Assembly: GCA_013044175.1 (NCBI GenBank)
Contig: JABEUY010000055.1
Coordinates: 30,228-94,227 of the forward strand
Length of the DNA: 64,000 nucleotides
Reading direction: 5' to 3'
DNA from: Bacilli bacterium
Lineage (GTDB): Bacteria > Bacillota > Bacilli > Alicyclobacillales > SLC66
The position numbers were made by a program, and so were the translations under genes. The notes under the pieces were generated by a model that was not told the origin of the DNA, ran no database searches, and worked only from the letters and a program-made list of their open reading frames with translations. How positions within the stretch are numbered: position 1 is the first letter of the stretch; every line of letters starts with the position of its first letter. Below, one piece after another: positions 26,040 through 34,854 of the stretch.

Positions 26040-28541
26040 ATGCCTAAAACCGATGATTTTTGGGATCAAAGCCGTGACGAATGGGCAGCAATTAATCAAG
26101 TCGATTTGACGGATAATGACTTATTCAAATGGCAAGAAGTGGTATTACGCGAACTTCAAGAAATAACCAACAAGGAGGGCACACAATCGGAGGTAAGCCG
26201 GGCAACTCGCGAAGCGCAGTTATCGACTCTGATCGCCACTCATAAAGACATCCCAATCAAGGTCAGACGCTCAATCGTAGTGTCACTCTTGGATGACATG
26301 TTTAGCTTCGGACCGCTGCAATCGTTGTGGAACGATTCAAAAATATCAGACATGCAGGTTTTCGTACCAACAGACAACCGAGAAACACAGATCATCACGT
26401 ACAGCAGTGCCGCTGGTCGCCGGGTTTACGATGGCGCAGGGTTTAGGGACTATGGGCATGTCATGACATGGTTGAATCGCCATTTGGCGCAGTTTGGACA
26501 GCATTATGACGCTGCGAAAGTGAGCATGGATGCGGTGTTTCCAAATGGTGAGAGAATGCACGTGATCACTGGCGTGTCAGGCTATTCAACATTTCGACGT
26601 GATGCGAACGGTGAAATGTCGTACCATTTTGTGCCCTGCGTGATTATCACCATGCGGAGATTTACCAATGCCTTTACGCTTGGCGACCTGACAGCACGAT
26701 CACCTTCACTGGCAGCCGTACCGCAGTTTTCAGACTTGCGCGAGGTCAAAAAGTCGTACACACGCAAGACGCTGTACACGCAGTATGATGGTCGCAGCCT
26801 TGATCCTGCCACCATCGACTATTTAAAAATCATCGTTCAAATGGCGAAAAACCACGTCATCAGTGGAGGCACAGGCTGCCATGATGCCGATGCACCGATC
26901 TTGATGTTTGACGGATCAACAAAACGTGCTGCTGATGTGCAGTTAGGCGATCAGTTAATGGGATCAGATAGTACACCAAGAACGGTGGTTGACCTGCACC
27001 GTGGCGTGGATCGGATGGTAAGAGTGATACCAAACAAGGGTGAACCGTTCGTTGTGAACGAGGGGCATGTTTTATCACTTAAAACAACGCCTAAAGAGGT
27101 TGGAGACACGCGCAAGACGCGAAGTATAACGATTGCGGAGTATCGCGGGCAGCACAAAAAATTCAAGCATCTGCACAAATTATGGCGTACAGACATCGAA
27201 TTTGCGTCAAAAAACTTACTAATCGAGCCTTACTTTTTAGGTTTATTATTGGGGGACGGTTCGATAGGTAATCACAGGGTCGCTATGTGCAGTCCTGATC
27301 CAGAGATTATTCAACGTGTGTATGACGAAGCAAGAATAAGAGGGTTACATGTAAGGGTAAACGGATATGGCACTAGCCGTGATTACTATATCTGTTCCGA
27401 TGTGAAAGGTGAGTATCACAAGAACAATTTGATCTATGATCTAAAAGCATTAGGGCTTTATGGAACTCACGCAGGAGATAAGTTTATCCCTACCATCTAC
27501 AAAACTGCATCACGACAGCAAAGACTAGAATTGTTGGCAGGGCTTCTAGACACAGACGGTAGTTGGGGTGGCGGCGGGTATGACTACATTACGAAATCGG
27601 AGCAGTTAGCTACAGACATACAGTTTTTGAGCCGTAGTTTAGGCTTTAGTACGAGTATTAGTAAGTGTAACAAGGGGTTTACTAGATCAGATGGCACGAA
27701 GTTTGTCGGACAATATTTTAGATTATGTGTTAGTGGCAATTGTGAACAAATCCCCTGCAAAGTCGCGCGTAAAAAGGGGACTGTGAGGCAGCAGAAAAAA
27801 GATGTGCTAGTGACTGGTTTTACCCTTGAAGATGTAGGCTATGGCAACTATTACGGTTGGGAATTGGACGGAGATCATCTTTATTTAGATGGTCAGTTTA
27901 TCGTTCATCACAATAGTGGAAAATCCAGTCTCGCAAATGCCCTGACCGCAGAAATTCCAGATGGCACACTGCTCATCGTGTTAGAAGAGGCGCCAGAGCT
28001 GCAACCGCAGAACACCGATCACGCGATCCGTATTGTCCAGCGTGAGGGTGTTTTCGATTTGTCTGATGCGATGAAAGCTACGTTGAGAATGTACCCTGAC
28101 CGCATTTTCATTGCAGAACTGCGGGACACACTGGCTTACACGTTCCTTCGCGCCATACAGAGCGGACACAGTGGATCTTCCACGACGGTCCACGCAAACT
28201 CGTGCCGTGATGCCATTGATGTGGTGATCAATTTTGCCGCCAATCATGAATCCCACCCGCCACGTGACATGGTTCGAGATATCCTGTTTCGGCAGGTACA
28301 CACGCTCATCCATGCCGAGGCGGTCAAGAAACCAGATGGCATTGCTCGTATGATTGACGAAGTGGTGCAACTTTTGCCTAATCAGACGCTGCATACGGTC
28401 GCGCAATATCATCAGGTCGGAATCAACGAGGACGGCACAGTGGCTGGGTACTTCGAATTCAATGGTCCTACAGACGCGTTCATTCAGGAAATGTTTGACG
28501 CTGGTATCGAAATACCGAAATCTTGGGGGTGGACCGTATGA
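26040..28541 (+). CDS. cpaF: CpaF/TadA/VirB11-family secretion ATPase interrupted by an intein
   Basis: The exteins join to GGTG|SGKSSLANAL (Walker A). Downstream motifs: IVLEEAPEL, RMYPDRIFIAELRD, QSGHSGSSTTVHAN. Confidence 0.85.
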   Translation: MPKTDDFWDQSRDEWAAINQVDLTDNDLFKWQEVVLRELQEITNKEGTQSEVSRATREAQLSTLIATHKDIPIKVRRSIVVSLLDDMFSFGPLQSLWNDSKISDMQVFVPTDNRETQIITYSSAAGRRVYDGAGFRDYGHVMTWLNRHLAQFGQHYDAAKVSMDAVFPNGERMHVITGVSGYSTFRRDANGEMSYHFVPCVIITMRRFTNAFTLGDLTARSPSLAAVPQFSDLREVKKSYTRKTLYTQYDGRSLDPATIDYLKIIVQMAKNHVISGGTGCHDADAPILMFDGSTKRAADVQLGDQLMGSDSTPRTVVDLHRGVDRMVRVIPNKGEPFVVNEGHVLSLKTTPKEVGDTRKTRSITIAEYRGQHKKFKHLHKLWRTDIEFASKNLLIEPYFLGLLLGDGSIGNHRVAMCSPDPEIIQRVYDEARIRGLHVRVNGYGTSRDYYICSDVKGEYHKNNLIYDLKALGLYGTHAGDKFIPTIYKTASRQQRLELLAGLLDTDGSWGGGGYDYITKSEQLATDIQFLSRSLGFSTSISKCNKGFTRSDGTKFVGQYFRLCVSGNCEQIPCKVARKKGTVRQQKKDVLVTGFTLEDVGYGNYYGWELDGDHLYLDGQFIVHHNSGKSSLANALTAEIPDGTLLIVLEEAPELQPQNTDHAIRIVQREGVFDLSDAMKATLRMYPDRIFIAELRDTLAYTFLRAIQSGHSGSSTTVHANSCRDAIDVVINFAANHESHPPRDMVRDILFRQVHTLIHAEAVKKPDGIARMIDEVVQLLPNQTLHTVAQYHQVGINEDGTVAGYFEFNGPTDAFIQEMFDAGIEIPKSWGWTV
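26877..27914 (+). mobile_element. 346-aa intein with LAGLIDADG homing endonuclease, inserted in the Walker A P-loop
   Basis: Starts with Cys (CHDADAPILMFDGS). Block B is NEGHVLSL. LAGLIDADG motifs are LLGLLLGDGSI and LLAGLLDTDGSW. Ends in VHHN, followed by Ser +1. Confidence 0.85.
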
Positions 28542-29386
28542 TTCAGATGTTATTTATCTTGGTGCCCGCGTTGATGATCGTTGCATATCTGACCTTCGAG
28601 CACTTCAAAACAGCCCCGGTCGCGCGTTTGCAGAAGCGGCTTGGCGTTAAACGCAAGCGAGGCAAGGGTATGCAGTCGCTGCATAACCTGTTCACCGCCA
28701 AGAGGCAGCTGACCTACATCACCATTGGATCGGTTGTCGCCGGGATTTATATTGCAGTCGCCATGCTGCATGCCACACCATTTATTGGAGCAATCGGTGG
28801 CGGTGTTCTTCCGTACCTGATATCTGAAGCGTGGAAAGAACGCTGGCTGGATCGTTACGAGGCTGGCGTGGTACAAGCCTTGGAGTATGGGGCTGGAATT
28901 TTTAAAACTGGCGCAACCGTTGAGCAATGGGTGCGCGAAGTAGGTTCGGAGGTCGAAGGATCAATTGTTACGGTTTTTGAAAGAGGCAAATACCAAGTCG
29001 AGTCTGGACAATTTGGCGTGGTCGATTGGCTTAAATATACAGCCGAGACAACACCAAGCAAATTTTTTAGCTATGTGCTCTACGGTCTAATCGCCAATTA
29101 CGAGCAAGCGTCTAGCCTACAAACGTACATGCAGGAGACCCTCGCGGAGATCAACCATCGAAAAAAATACGAGCGCGTCATGAGGCAGCAGCGCGATGAG
29201 GCGATGAAACTTCTGGTGGCTATATCGCTTGCCCCGGTCGCGTTATACGCCATGTTTGCTGGAGCAATCAATGGCTACCTAGCTACCAATCTCACCCAAA
29301 ACCTGATCTTCGGTGTTGGCTTGCTGGGCTATGTCATCCTCTTGTTGTTCGCGAGAAAAACTGCATCCGCGAAGCCTAAAGTATGA
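28538..29386 (+). CDS. tadB: TadB-like type II secretion system F-domain membrane protein
   Basis: ATGA overlap with the cpaF stop. TM - soluble - TM architecture, positioned after CpaF. Confidence 0.6.
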   Translation: MIQMLFILVPALMIVAYLTFEHFKTAPVARLQKRLGVKRKRGKGMQSLHNLFTAKRQLTYITIGSVVAGIYIAVAMLHATPFIGAIGGGVLPYLISEAWKERWLDRYEAGVVQALEYGAGIFKTGATVEQWVREVGSEVEGSIVTVFERGKYQVESGQFGVVDWLKYTAETTPSKFFSYVLYGLIANYEQASSLQTYMQETLAEINHRKKYERVMRQQRDEAMKLLVAISLAPVALYAMFAGAINGYLATNLTQNLIFGVGLLGYVILLLFARKTASAKPKV

Positions 29387-29799
29387 TCAACATACTCTGG
29401 CTTTCCATGCTTGCTGTCGTTCTGGTCGCCGCCATCACGGATTACAGATGGCAGATCATCCCCAACCGCCTTGTCAGAGCGGGTGTCCTGATTGCCCTTG
29501 TCGAGCATACCGCTTGGCAGGGGCTTTATGGTTTAGGAGTTACGCTTGCAGTCTGGGCATTGTGCCTCATAATCGGCTTTGCCCTCTGGCGTGTTGCCCC
29601 GGTCGGTGCAGGTGACATCAAACTTTTGGCTATGATGGCGGCTTTTGTAGGTGCGGGGAACATGCTCTCGATCCTGATTCTCGCACTCGTATTGCAGCTA
29701 CTGGCGCGAATCATTCGAGCAAGACGCGGGTTTTCAATGGCGTTTGCACCTGCCCTCATGGTCGGTAGCCTGTTAGTATTCTGGTATCTCTTCCCATAG
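29383..29799 (+). CDS. A24-family prepilin peptidase (CpaA/TadV-like)
   Basis: 138 aa, polytopic. Two Asp motifs: AAITDYRWQIIPN and GAGDIKLLAMM. ATGA overlap with the upstream gene. Confidence 0.75.
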   Translation: MINILWLSMLAVVLVAAITDYRWQIIPNRLVRAGVLIALVEHTAWQGLYGLGVTLAVWALCLIIGFALWRVAPVGAGDIKLLAMMAAFVGAGNMLSILILALVLQLLARIIRARRGFSMAFAPALMVGSLLVFWYLFP

Positions 29800-29929
29800 T
29801 CAAACTGGGGCACTCCCCAGTTAGAGGTAGGAAACTAGCAAAGGGTACGCCATTTTACGCGAAAAAGTCGGTCGGAAACAAGTTGTAAAGCAGGTTTTAG
29901 AATCTAAATAGACAAAGGGGAAATTTTCA

Positions 29930-30484
29930 ATGGCTGGTCAAAGGGTTGGATATATCAGGGTTAGTACAGACGAGCAAAATCGAGAAAGGCAGCTTGATGG
30001 TGTGTCACTGGATAAGGTTTTCAGCGAGGCAAAATCTGGTAAGAATACAGATCGTCCGCAGCTTCAAGCCATGTTGCAATACGTCCGCGAAGGGGACACG
30101 GTGACCGTGCATAGCATCGACCGCCTAGCGAGGAATCTGGATGACCTACGCAAGTTGGTGTTTGATCTGACAGGGCGTGGTGTGAGGGTTGAATTTTTGA
30201 AAGAGAATCTGGTTTTTGACACAACCGACTCACCTTGGAAAACGATGTTTCTAACGATGACAGGCATGTTTGCCGAGTTCGAGAGGGCGATAAATCGTGA
30301 ACGTCAACGTGAAGGTATCGAGCTTGCGAAAAAGCGTGGCGCATACAAGGGTCGCAAACGTGTTTTGACCAAGCCACAGGTTCTAACGATAAGGCAAAGA
30401 TTGGCAAATGGCGAGTCGGTCACAGCATTGGCGCAGGAATTAAGAGTCAGCAGAATGACGATTTACAACTACCTGAACGCCTAA
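29930..30484 (+). CDS. serine recombinase (resolvase/invertase family)
   Basis: VGYIRVSTDEQNRERQ catalytic-Ser motif and a C-terminal HTH (SVTALAQELRVSRMTIYNY). 184 aa. Confidence 0.9.
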   Translation: MAGQRVGYIRVSTDEQNRERQLDGVSLDKVFSEAKSGKNTDRPQLQAMLQYVREGDTVTVHSIDRLARNLDDLRKLVFDLTGRGVRVEFLKENLVFDTTDSPWKTMFLTMTGMFAEFERAINRERQREGIELAKKRGAYKGRKRVLTKPQVLTIRQRLANGESVTALAQELRVSRMTIYNYLNA

Positions 30485-30529
30485 ATTTGTCCTACCCGAC
30501 CCCTTTCTAACATAGAGAGGGGTGTTTTT
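30483..30529 (+). promoter_or_regulatory. ICE intercistronic box-hairpin module, copy 7
   Basis: Box AAATTTGTCCTAC overlaps the stop codon; stem ACCCCTTTCT/AGAGAGGGGT; TTTTT; ATG 30530. Confidence 0.7.
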
Positions 30530-31402
30530 ATGCTCAACTTGGTGAACAAGGAACAAGAATTGTTCGAGGATCGTACCATGCGTGATCGGTTGGCGACACA
30601 GGTAGATGTGTTGGAACGCGTGAAAGCCTTAGCCACATTACCTGATGGGTTGAATGTAACGGTTGAAATGGCTGCAAATTATTACGAGGTTGGTAAACAG
30701 GCAATCGTCAGCCTGATTTATGATAACCGCTTGGAGCTTGAAGAGGATAAGTTGAGACTTCTAACAGGTGATGAACTGAATTCCTTTAAGGAAGTGGGTG
30801 TGATTCCCAAAAACACAGCGTCACTCACACTCATTCCCCGCCGTGCTCTCCTACGAATCGGCATGCTCTTACGTGACAGCGAGATTGCCAAAACCGTGCG
30901 TAACTACTTGCTGAACGTTGAAGAAACCGCGAGAGCCGAAGCCCCGCAGGTGATTCAAAAAGCGTTGACGAAAACGAGTCACCGCATGGCTTGGGGTGCT
31001 GTTCGCAATGCCATCAAGCAGAAAACACAGATTGGTATCATGATTGGGCTGACTCCTGCAATGGCTTCACTTATCGCTATGGAGGATACGGAAAAAGAGT
31101 TTGGCACAGACTTGTCCTCATTCAAGCGTCAAATCCGTGAAGAGGGTACGGACACCACCTACACACCCACCGATATTGGCAAGCGACTGGACCCGCCCTT
31201 GTCTGCGGTAAAGGTCAACGCGCTCTTGGAAACGTTGGGCTTTCAGGTGCGGACCGTCGAGAAGGAATGGACGCTGACGGAAAAAGGACAGCCTTACGCA
31301 CGACTCATGCCTGTACAGATCAATCATGCAACACGCGGCGTGGAAACCACCAAATATATGATACGGTGGAAGGAAAGCATCATAAGTCTGTTACGAGCCT
31401 AA
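30530..31402 (+). CDS. putative DNA-binding / antirepressor-like protein (paralog of 15987..16790)
   Basis: See 15987..16790. The N-terminal domain is conserved and the C-terminal half is divergent. Confidence 0.5.
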   Translation: MLNLVNKEQELFEDRTMRDRLATQVDVLERVKALATLPDGLNVTVEMAANYYEVGKQAIVSLIYDNRLELEEDKLRLLTGDELNSFKEVGVIPKNTASLTLIPRRALLRIGMLLRDSEIAKTVRNYLLNVEETARAEAPQVIQKALTKTSHRMAWGAVRNAIKQKTQIGIMIGLTPAMASLIAMEDTEKEFGTDLSSFKRQIREEGTDTTYTPTDIGKRLDPPLSAVKVNALLETLGFQVRTVEKEWTLTEKGQPYARLMPVQINHATRGVETTKYMIRWKESIISLLRA

Positions 31403-31448
31403 ATTGTCCTACCAGCCCCTTCTCTTTCATAAGAGAGGGGGCATTTTA
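31401..31448 (+). promoter_or_regulatory. ICE intercistronic box-hairpin module, copy 8
   Basis: Box AAATTGTCCTAC overlaps the stop codon; stem GCCCCTTCTCT/GAGAGGGGGC; ATG 31449. Confidence 0.7.
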
Positions 31449-32084
31449 ATGAGCAGACGACGACCACACAAAGACACAACTGTAAAAATTGGGCAGGTAG
31501 GTGAGCAGATCGTTGCCGCTTCCATTCGAAGATATTTGCAGAGCGATGCCTTGCGGACGTACAACAACGTCTATTTCCGGGATGAGCGAGGGAATCCGTT
31601 CCAAATTGATCATCTGGCATTGACTCCACAAGGTTTAATTGTCGTTGAGACGAAGCACTGGGCGGGAATGGTTTGGGGTGGCGAGTCAGAGCGCAATTGG
31701 AGTTACCTACCGAATGGCAGATATTGCTACACGCGGCAGTTCTACAGCCCGGTCCTACAAAATCGAACGCATGTCCAGAAGTTGAAACGCGTATTGGACA
31801 ATGACTTAAAAATGGCATCACTAGTCGTTTTTGGTAATCCTACGGTCACGCTGAACCTGAAAGGTGTGGAGGGCGTGTACACGCTGGCGGGGTTCGAAGC
31901 TGCACTGGAATCCATTCAGAAGATGGAGGCTATTTACGATCAAGCGGCACTGGCATTTTGGCACGAGCGGATCATGAGCAGTCGATTTGTAGACTTCGCG
32001 GGCATGTCAGAGCAGCTTGAATATGCCCAGAATGCGAAAAATCTGGGCTGCTATGTCGCACACAAGCAGGGGCTGCGCACATGA
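31449..32084 (+). CDS. NERD (nuclease-related domain) protein
   Basis: GEQIVAASIRRYL..FQIDHLALTPQGLIVVETKHWAG pattern. Confidence 0.65.
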   Translation: MSRRRPHKDTTVKIGQVGEQIVAASIRRYLQSDALRTYNNVYFRDERGNPFQIDHLALTPQGLIVVETKHWAGMVWGGESERNWSYLPNGRYCYTRQFYSPVLQNRTHVQKLKRVLDNDLKMASLVVFGNPTVTLNLKGVEGVYTLAGFEAALESIQKMEAIYDQAALAFWHERIMSSRFVDFAGMSEQLEYAQNAKNLGCYVAHKQGLRT

Positions 32085-32314
32085 AAACCACGCAGAGCAT
32101 ATACAGCTCGTTTTGTCGGCAGTACGAGTTTACAGAGCAGGAAGCAGCCAAGTTTCTGTCAGGGCGAGTCAATCGGACAGTCGTATACGACATGCTGGCG
32201 ACGACAGCGGCGGCTTTAGGACCGTCAGGACTGCAAGAACTAGAGGCTATTCTTGGCGAGTACGACTATTCACTGCCGCCAAGGGGTGTATTGGGAAGGT
32301 GGCACAAACTATGA
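32081..32314 (+). CDS. hypothetical protein
   Basis: 77 aa. ATGA overlaps at both ends suggest translational coupling. Confidence 0.45.
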   Translation: MKTTQSIYSSFCRQYEFTEQEAAKFLSGRVNRTVVYDMLATTAAALGPSGLQELEAILGEYDYSLPPRGVLGRWHKL

Positions 32315-33189
32315 TCTACACACTTTTTCTCTTGTTACCACTACTGGCAGTTTGGCTAGGCTGGCGAGTCGTCGCTCGATTCGATCCGTATGTAGGTGAC
32401 ACGTTTTACCGCGTCAAACTGGCGTATCGGAAGAGCACCGAGAAGTCAGTTTTGAAGCGGATCAAGACGCTGGTTTACAACTACATCGAAGCGGTAATTC
32501 CGAAGGACTGGTTAGTCCCTCTCGAAAGGATTCTCACGTCAGCGGGGCGACCGGGCGGGTTGAACGCCATCGACGTTATCCTCATGCAGTTACTGATCGT
32601 GGCTGGTATGGGAATTTTAGATATGTGGGCGACAAAATCTTCACCTATATTTCTCCTGATTCTGACAATCGCAGTTGTGACCATGCCGTGGCGCAGGTGG
32701 CTGGGGCAAATTCAGACACGGCGGTTGAACGCAGCCGAGCAGATACGCGGTCTAAAGCGGCGGTATGTGTCGCTCTTGCAGCAGGGTACGCCATTCGAGG
32801 AATCGCTGCGGATTATTTCCAGAGAGGCACAGGGCGATTTTGGCGAAGTGTTCCGCAGACGCTTGAAAGAGGGACGCATGCGAGGGCTGTCAGAATCTTT
32901 GTTGGATTTGCAACATGAATTCAGGGTTGCGGAATTGACAAATTTTATCCAAGTTGTGCGGGTTGCAGATCGAAATTCTACGGCAGCATTAGTGGAGCTA
33001 GTGGGGGCGCAAGTCAAGGATGAAACCTCAAAAATGCAAGATTTTGTTGACAAACGTAAGGCTGTGACTGAAAATCGAATGCGTATGTATACGGCTGGCG
33101 CGTTTGTGTACATGTTGGTGTTTGCTGGATATTTTGTATACAGGATCGCAATGGCTTATTTCAGCGTCCACAGCATTTTCGGACTTTAG
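32311..33189 (+). CDS. tadC: TadC-like type II secretion system F-domain membrane protein
   Basis: ATG 32311 (MIYTLFLLLPLL) overlaps the upstream stop codon. TM - soluble - TM architecture with LQQGTPFEESLRIIS. Confidence 0.6.
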   Translation: MIYTLFLLLPLLAVWLGWRVVARFDPYVGDTFYRVKLAYRKSTEKSVLKRIKTLVYNYIEAVIPKDWLVPLERILTSAGRPGGLNAIDVILMQLLIVAGMGILDMWATKSSPIFLLILTIAVVTMPWRRWLGQIQTRRLNAAEQIRGLKRRYVSLLQQGTPFEESLRIISREAQGDFGEVFRRRLKEGRMRGLSESLLDLQHEFRVAELTNFIQVVRVADRNSTAALVELVGAQVKDETSKMQDFVDKRKAVTENRMRMYTAGAFVYMLVFAGYFVYRIAMAYFSVHSIFGL

Positions 33190-33192
33190 AAA

Positions 33193-33260
33193 AAAATTGT
33201 CCCACAAGCCCTCATCACTATAGATGGGGGCTTTTATTTTGACTTGAAAGGGTGGGCGGT
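33193..33260 (+). promoter_or_regulatory. ICE intercistronic box-hairpin module, copy 9
   Basis: Box AAAATTGTCCCAC; stem AAGCCCTCATC/GATGGGGGCTT (compensated arms); T-run; ATG 33261. Confidence 0.65.
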
Positions 33261-33470
33261 ATGTCGAAAAACAACAAAGGTTTGATTTGGGTTGAAGAAG
33301 TCCTGATGGCATGTGTAGTCGTGTTTGGCTTGTGGGGTGCGATTAAGGGCGCATGGATTGCGCTATTGATTGTAGCGGCGGCGGTTGTAGCTATGGTGAG
33401 ACAGTACAAGATTTTGAAATCCTTGGATGTCGAGGATGAGGACGAGGGGGAGGACAACGAAGATGAATAA
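33261..33470 (+). CDS. candidate Flp/type IV prepilin
   Basis: MSKNNKG|LIWVEEV: Gly followed by Glu at +5, then a hydrophobic helix. Acidic C-terminal tail DVEDEDEGEDNEDE. Confidence 0.45.
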   Translation: MSKNNKGLIWVEEVLMACVVVFGLWGAIKGAWIALLIVAAAVVAMVRQYKILKSLDVEDEDEGEDNEDE

Positions 33471-33687
33471 GCTCAATAGGCTGTCCCTGCGCCTCTATGT
33501 ATGGTATTTGACGCGCAGACCGAACAAGACCGTTTTTGGCTGGAATCAGTTGATGGACTTGGGTATCGTCATTGGGCTGCTGTTCGTATTCGTTCAAAAC
33601 AATGCCACATTGGGGACTCTGTTTACTACCATTACTACCGCAGTACAGACAGAACTTACCAAACTCATTACCACGAACACGCTGTAA
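33463..33687 (+). CDS. small membrane protein
   Basis: 74 aa with one TM. Overlaps the upstream gene by 8 nt. Confidence 0.4.
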   Translation: MNKLNRLSLRLYVWYLTRRPNKTVFGWNQLMDLGIVIGLLFVFVQNNATLGTLFTTITTAVQTELTKLITTNTL

Positions 33688-33704
33688 CACGCATTGAGAC
33701 TGAA

Positions 33705-33770
33705 AAATTTACGAGTTTGAGAGTCGCAAACCTATAAATGTCGGTTGCGCAATCTCAAACTCGTAAATTT
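33705..33770. promoter_or_regulatory. 18-bp perfect inverted repeat upstream of the parM-like gene (candidate centromere/operator or terminator)
   Basis: AAATTTACGAGTTTGAGA (33705..33722) pairs with TCTCAAACTCGTAAATTT (33753..33770). The 30-nt spacer contains an inner GCAAACC/GGTTGC stem. Confidence 0.5.
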
Positions 33771-33795
33771 ATGAGCTAAAACAGGAGGTCAGGAC

Positions 33796-34833
33796 ATGAT
33801 TATTGGACTAGATGCTGGATATGGGCACACAAAGTGGACAACAGATGGTGTGACTGTAAAAACAATTCCTTCGGTGGTATCGCCCACGAATCTGCAAGAC
33901 TTTGACAGCGACATGTTCGGCGGCGGTGGTGGGTATCGAGATTTGGCACTGGAGATTGCGGGGGCGCGATATTTGGTGGGTGAGTTTGCGTTGAGAGAAG
34001 ATGCCCAAGCAACACGCGTCATTAGTGCCGAGCGCACAAGTGGCGTGGAGTTTAAGGCGTTGGTGAGCACGGTTTTGCTATCGGAAATGTTGGATAAGGA
34101 CACAGTGGTCTGCACCGGACTGCCTTACAATGCGCCCAAGGAGGCACTGGCAGCCCTCGAATCTGAACTAAAGAATCTTCGATTGTCGGCAAACGGTATC
34201 TCCGGCGTGATAAAAGACAAGTTTTGGAGCGGCACGTTGAAAGATGTACACGTGTACAGACAGGCGCAAGCTGTGATTTTCGATGCCGTCTTCGCCTACC
34301 AAGGCAAAAAGATTGTCCCTGTACGCGATCAGGAACTGTTAGAAGTCGCAGGTACAAGGGTTGCAGTGGTTGATATTGGCTACAAGACAACGGATGTCAT
34401 TGTCTGCGAATTGAATCCAGAATTTAGGGTTATCAAAGAGTTGAGCTTTACAGTCTCACACGCGGTTTCCAGCGTTGGCAAGCACCTGCAAGAGGACTAC
34501 AAACGCATCACCAGAAATGGTGAGAGCGCACTGGACGCGAGGCGTTTGGATCAAGTGATCATTGGTGGCAAAATCCCGGATGCTGGTAAGGTGCTGGACA
34601 TGTCGGTCGAACGTGATCAAGCCACTAAGGTGGTAGGTCGCCAAATTATGAATCAGGTTTTTGAGAAGTGGGGACAAGCCCTTAGCACCATCCAAGTGGT
34701 CTATTTGGGCGGTGGCGGCGGTGAGCTTTTTGGGGATTACCTGACACGCAATCTGCACCCCAATGTTTATAAGATCAAAGATGCACAAGGTGCGAATGCG
34801 CGTGGCTACTTCAAAATGCAGCAATTCATGTAG
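33796..34833 (+). CDS. parM: ParM/StbA-like actin-fold ATPase
   Basis: MIIGLDAGYGHTKW, VAVVDIGYKTTDV and VYLGGGGGELF (actin-fold phosphate and adenosine motifs). Confidence 0.75.
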   Translation: MIIGLDAGYGHTKWTTDGVTVKTIPSVVSPTNLQDFDSDMFGGGGGYRDLALEIAGARYLVGEFALREDAQATRVISAERTSGVEFKALVSTVLLSEMLDKDTVVCTGLPYNAPKEALAALESELKNLRLSANGISGVIKDKFWSGTLKDVHVYRQAQAVIFDAVFAYQGKKIVPVRDQELLEVAGTRVAVVDIGYKTTDVIVCELNPEFRVIKELSFTVSHAVSSVGKHLQEDYKRITRNGESALDARRLDQVIIGGKIPDAGKVLDMSVERDQATKVVGRQIMNQVFEKWGQALSTIQVVYLGGGGGELFGDYLTRNLHPNVYKIKDAQGANARGYFKMQQFM

Positions 34834-34854
34834 GGAGAGGGAGGGGCGGTACGC

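Noticed and set aside
29803-29822. Hairpin AACTGGGG-CACT-CCCCAGTT after the prepilin peptidase, as a terminator feature
   Set aside because: No U-tract follows it. It may still pause or terminate transcription, but the evidence is too weak to list as a feature.
32017-32310. N-terminal 98-codon extension of the TadC-like ORF
   Set aside because: It overlaps the NERD gene and the 77-aa ORF. The ATG at 32311 overlaps the upstream stop codon (ATGA coupling) and starts the hydrophobic N-terminus.
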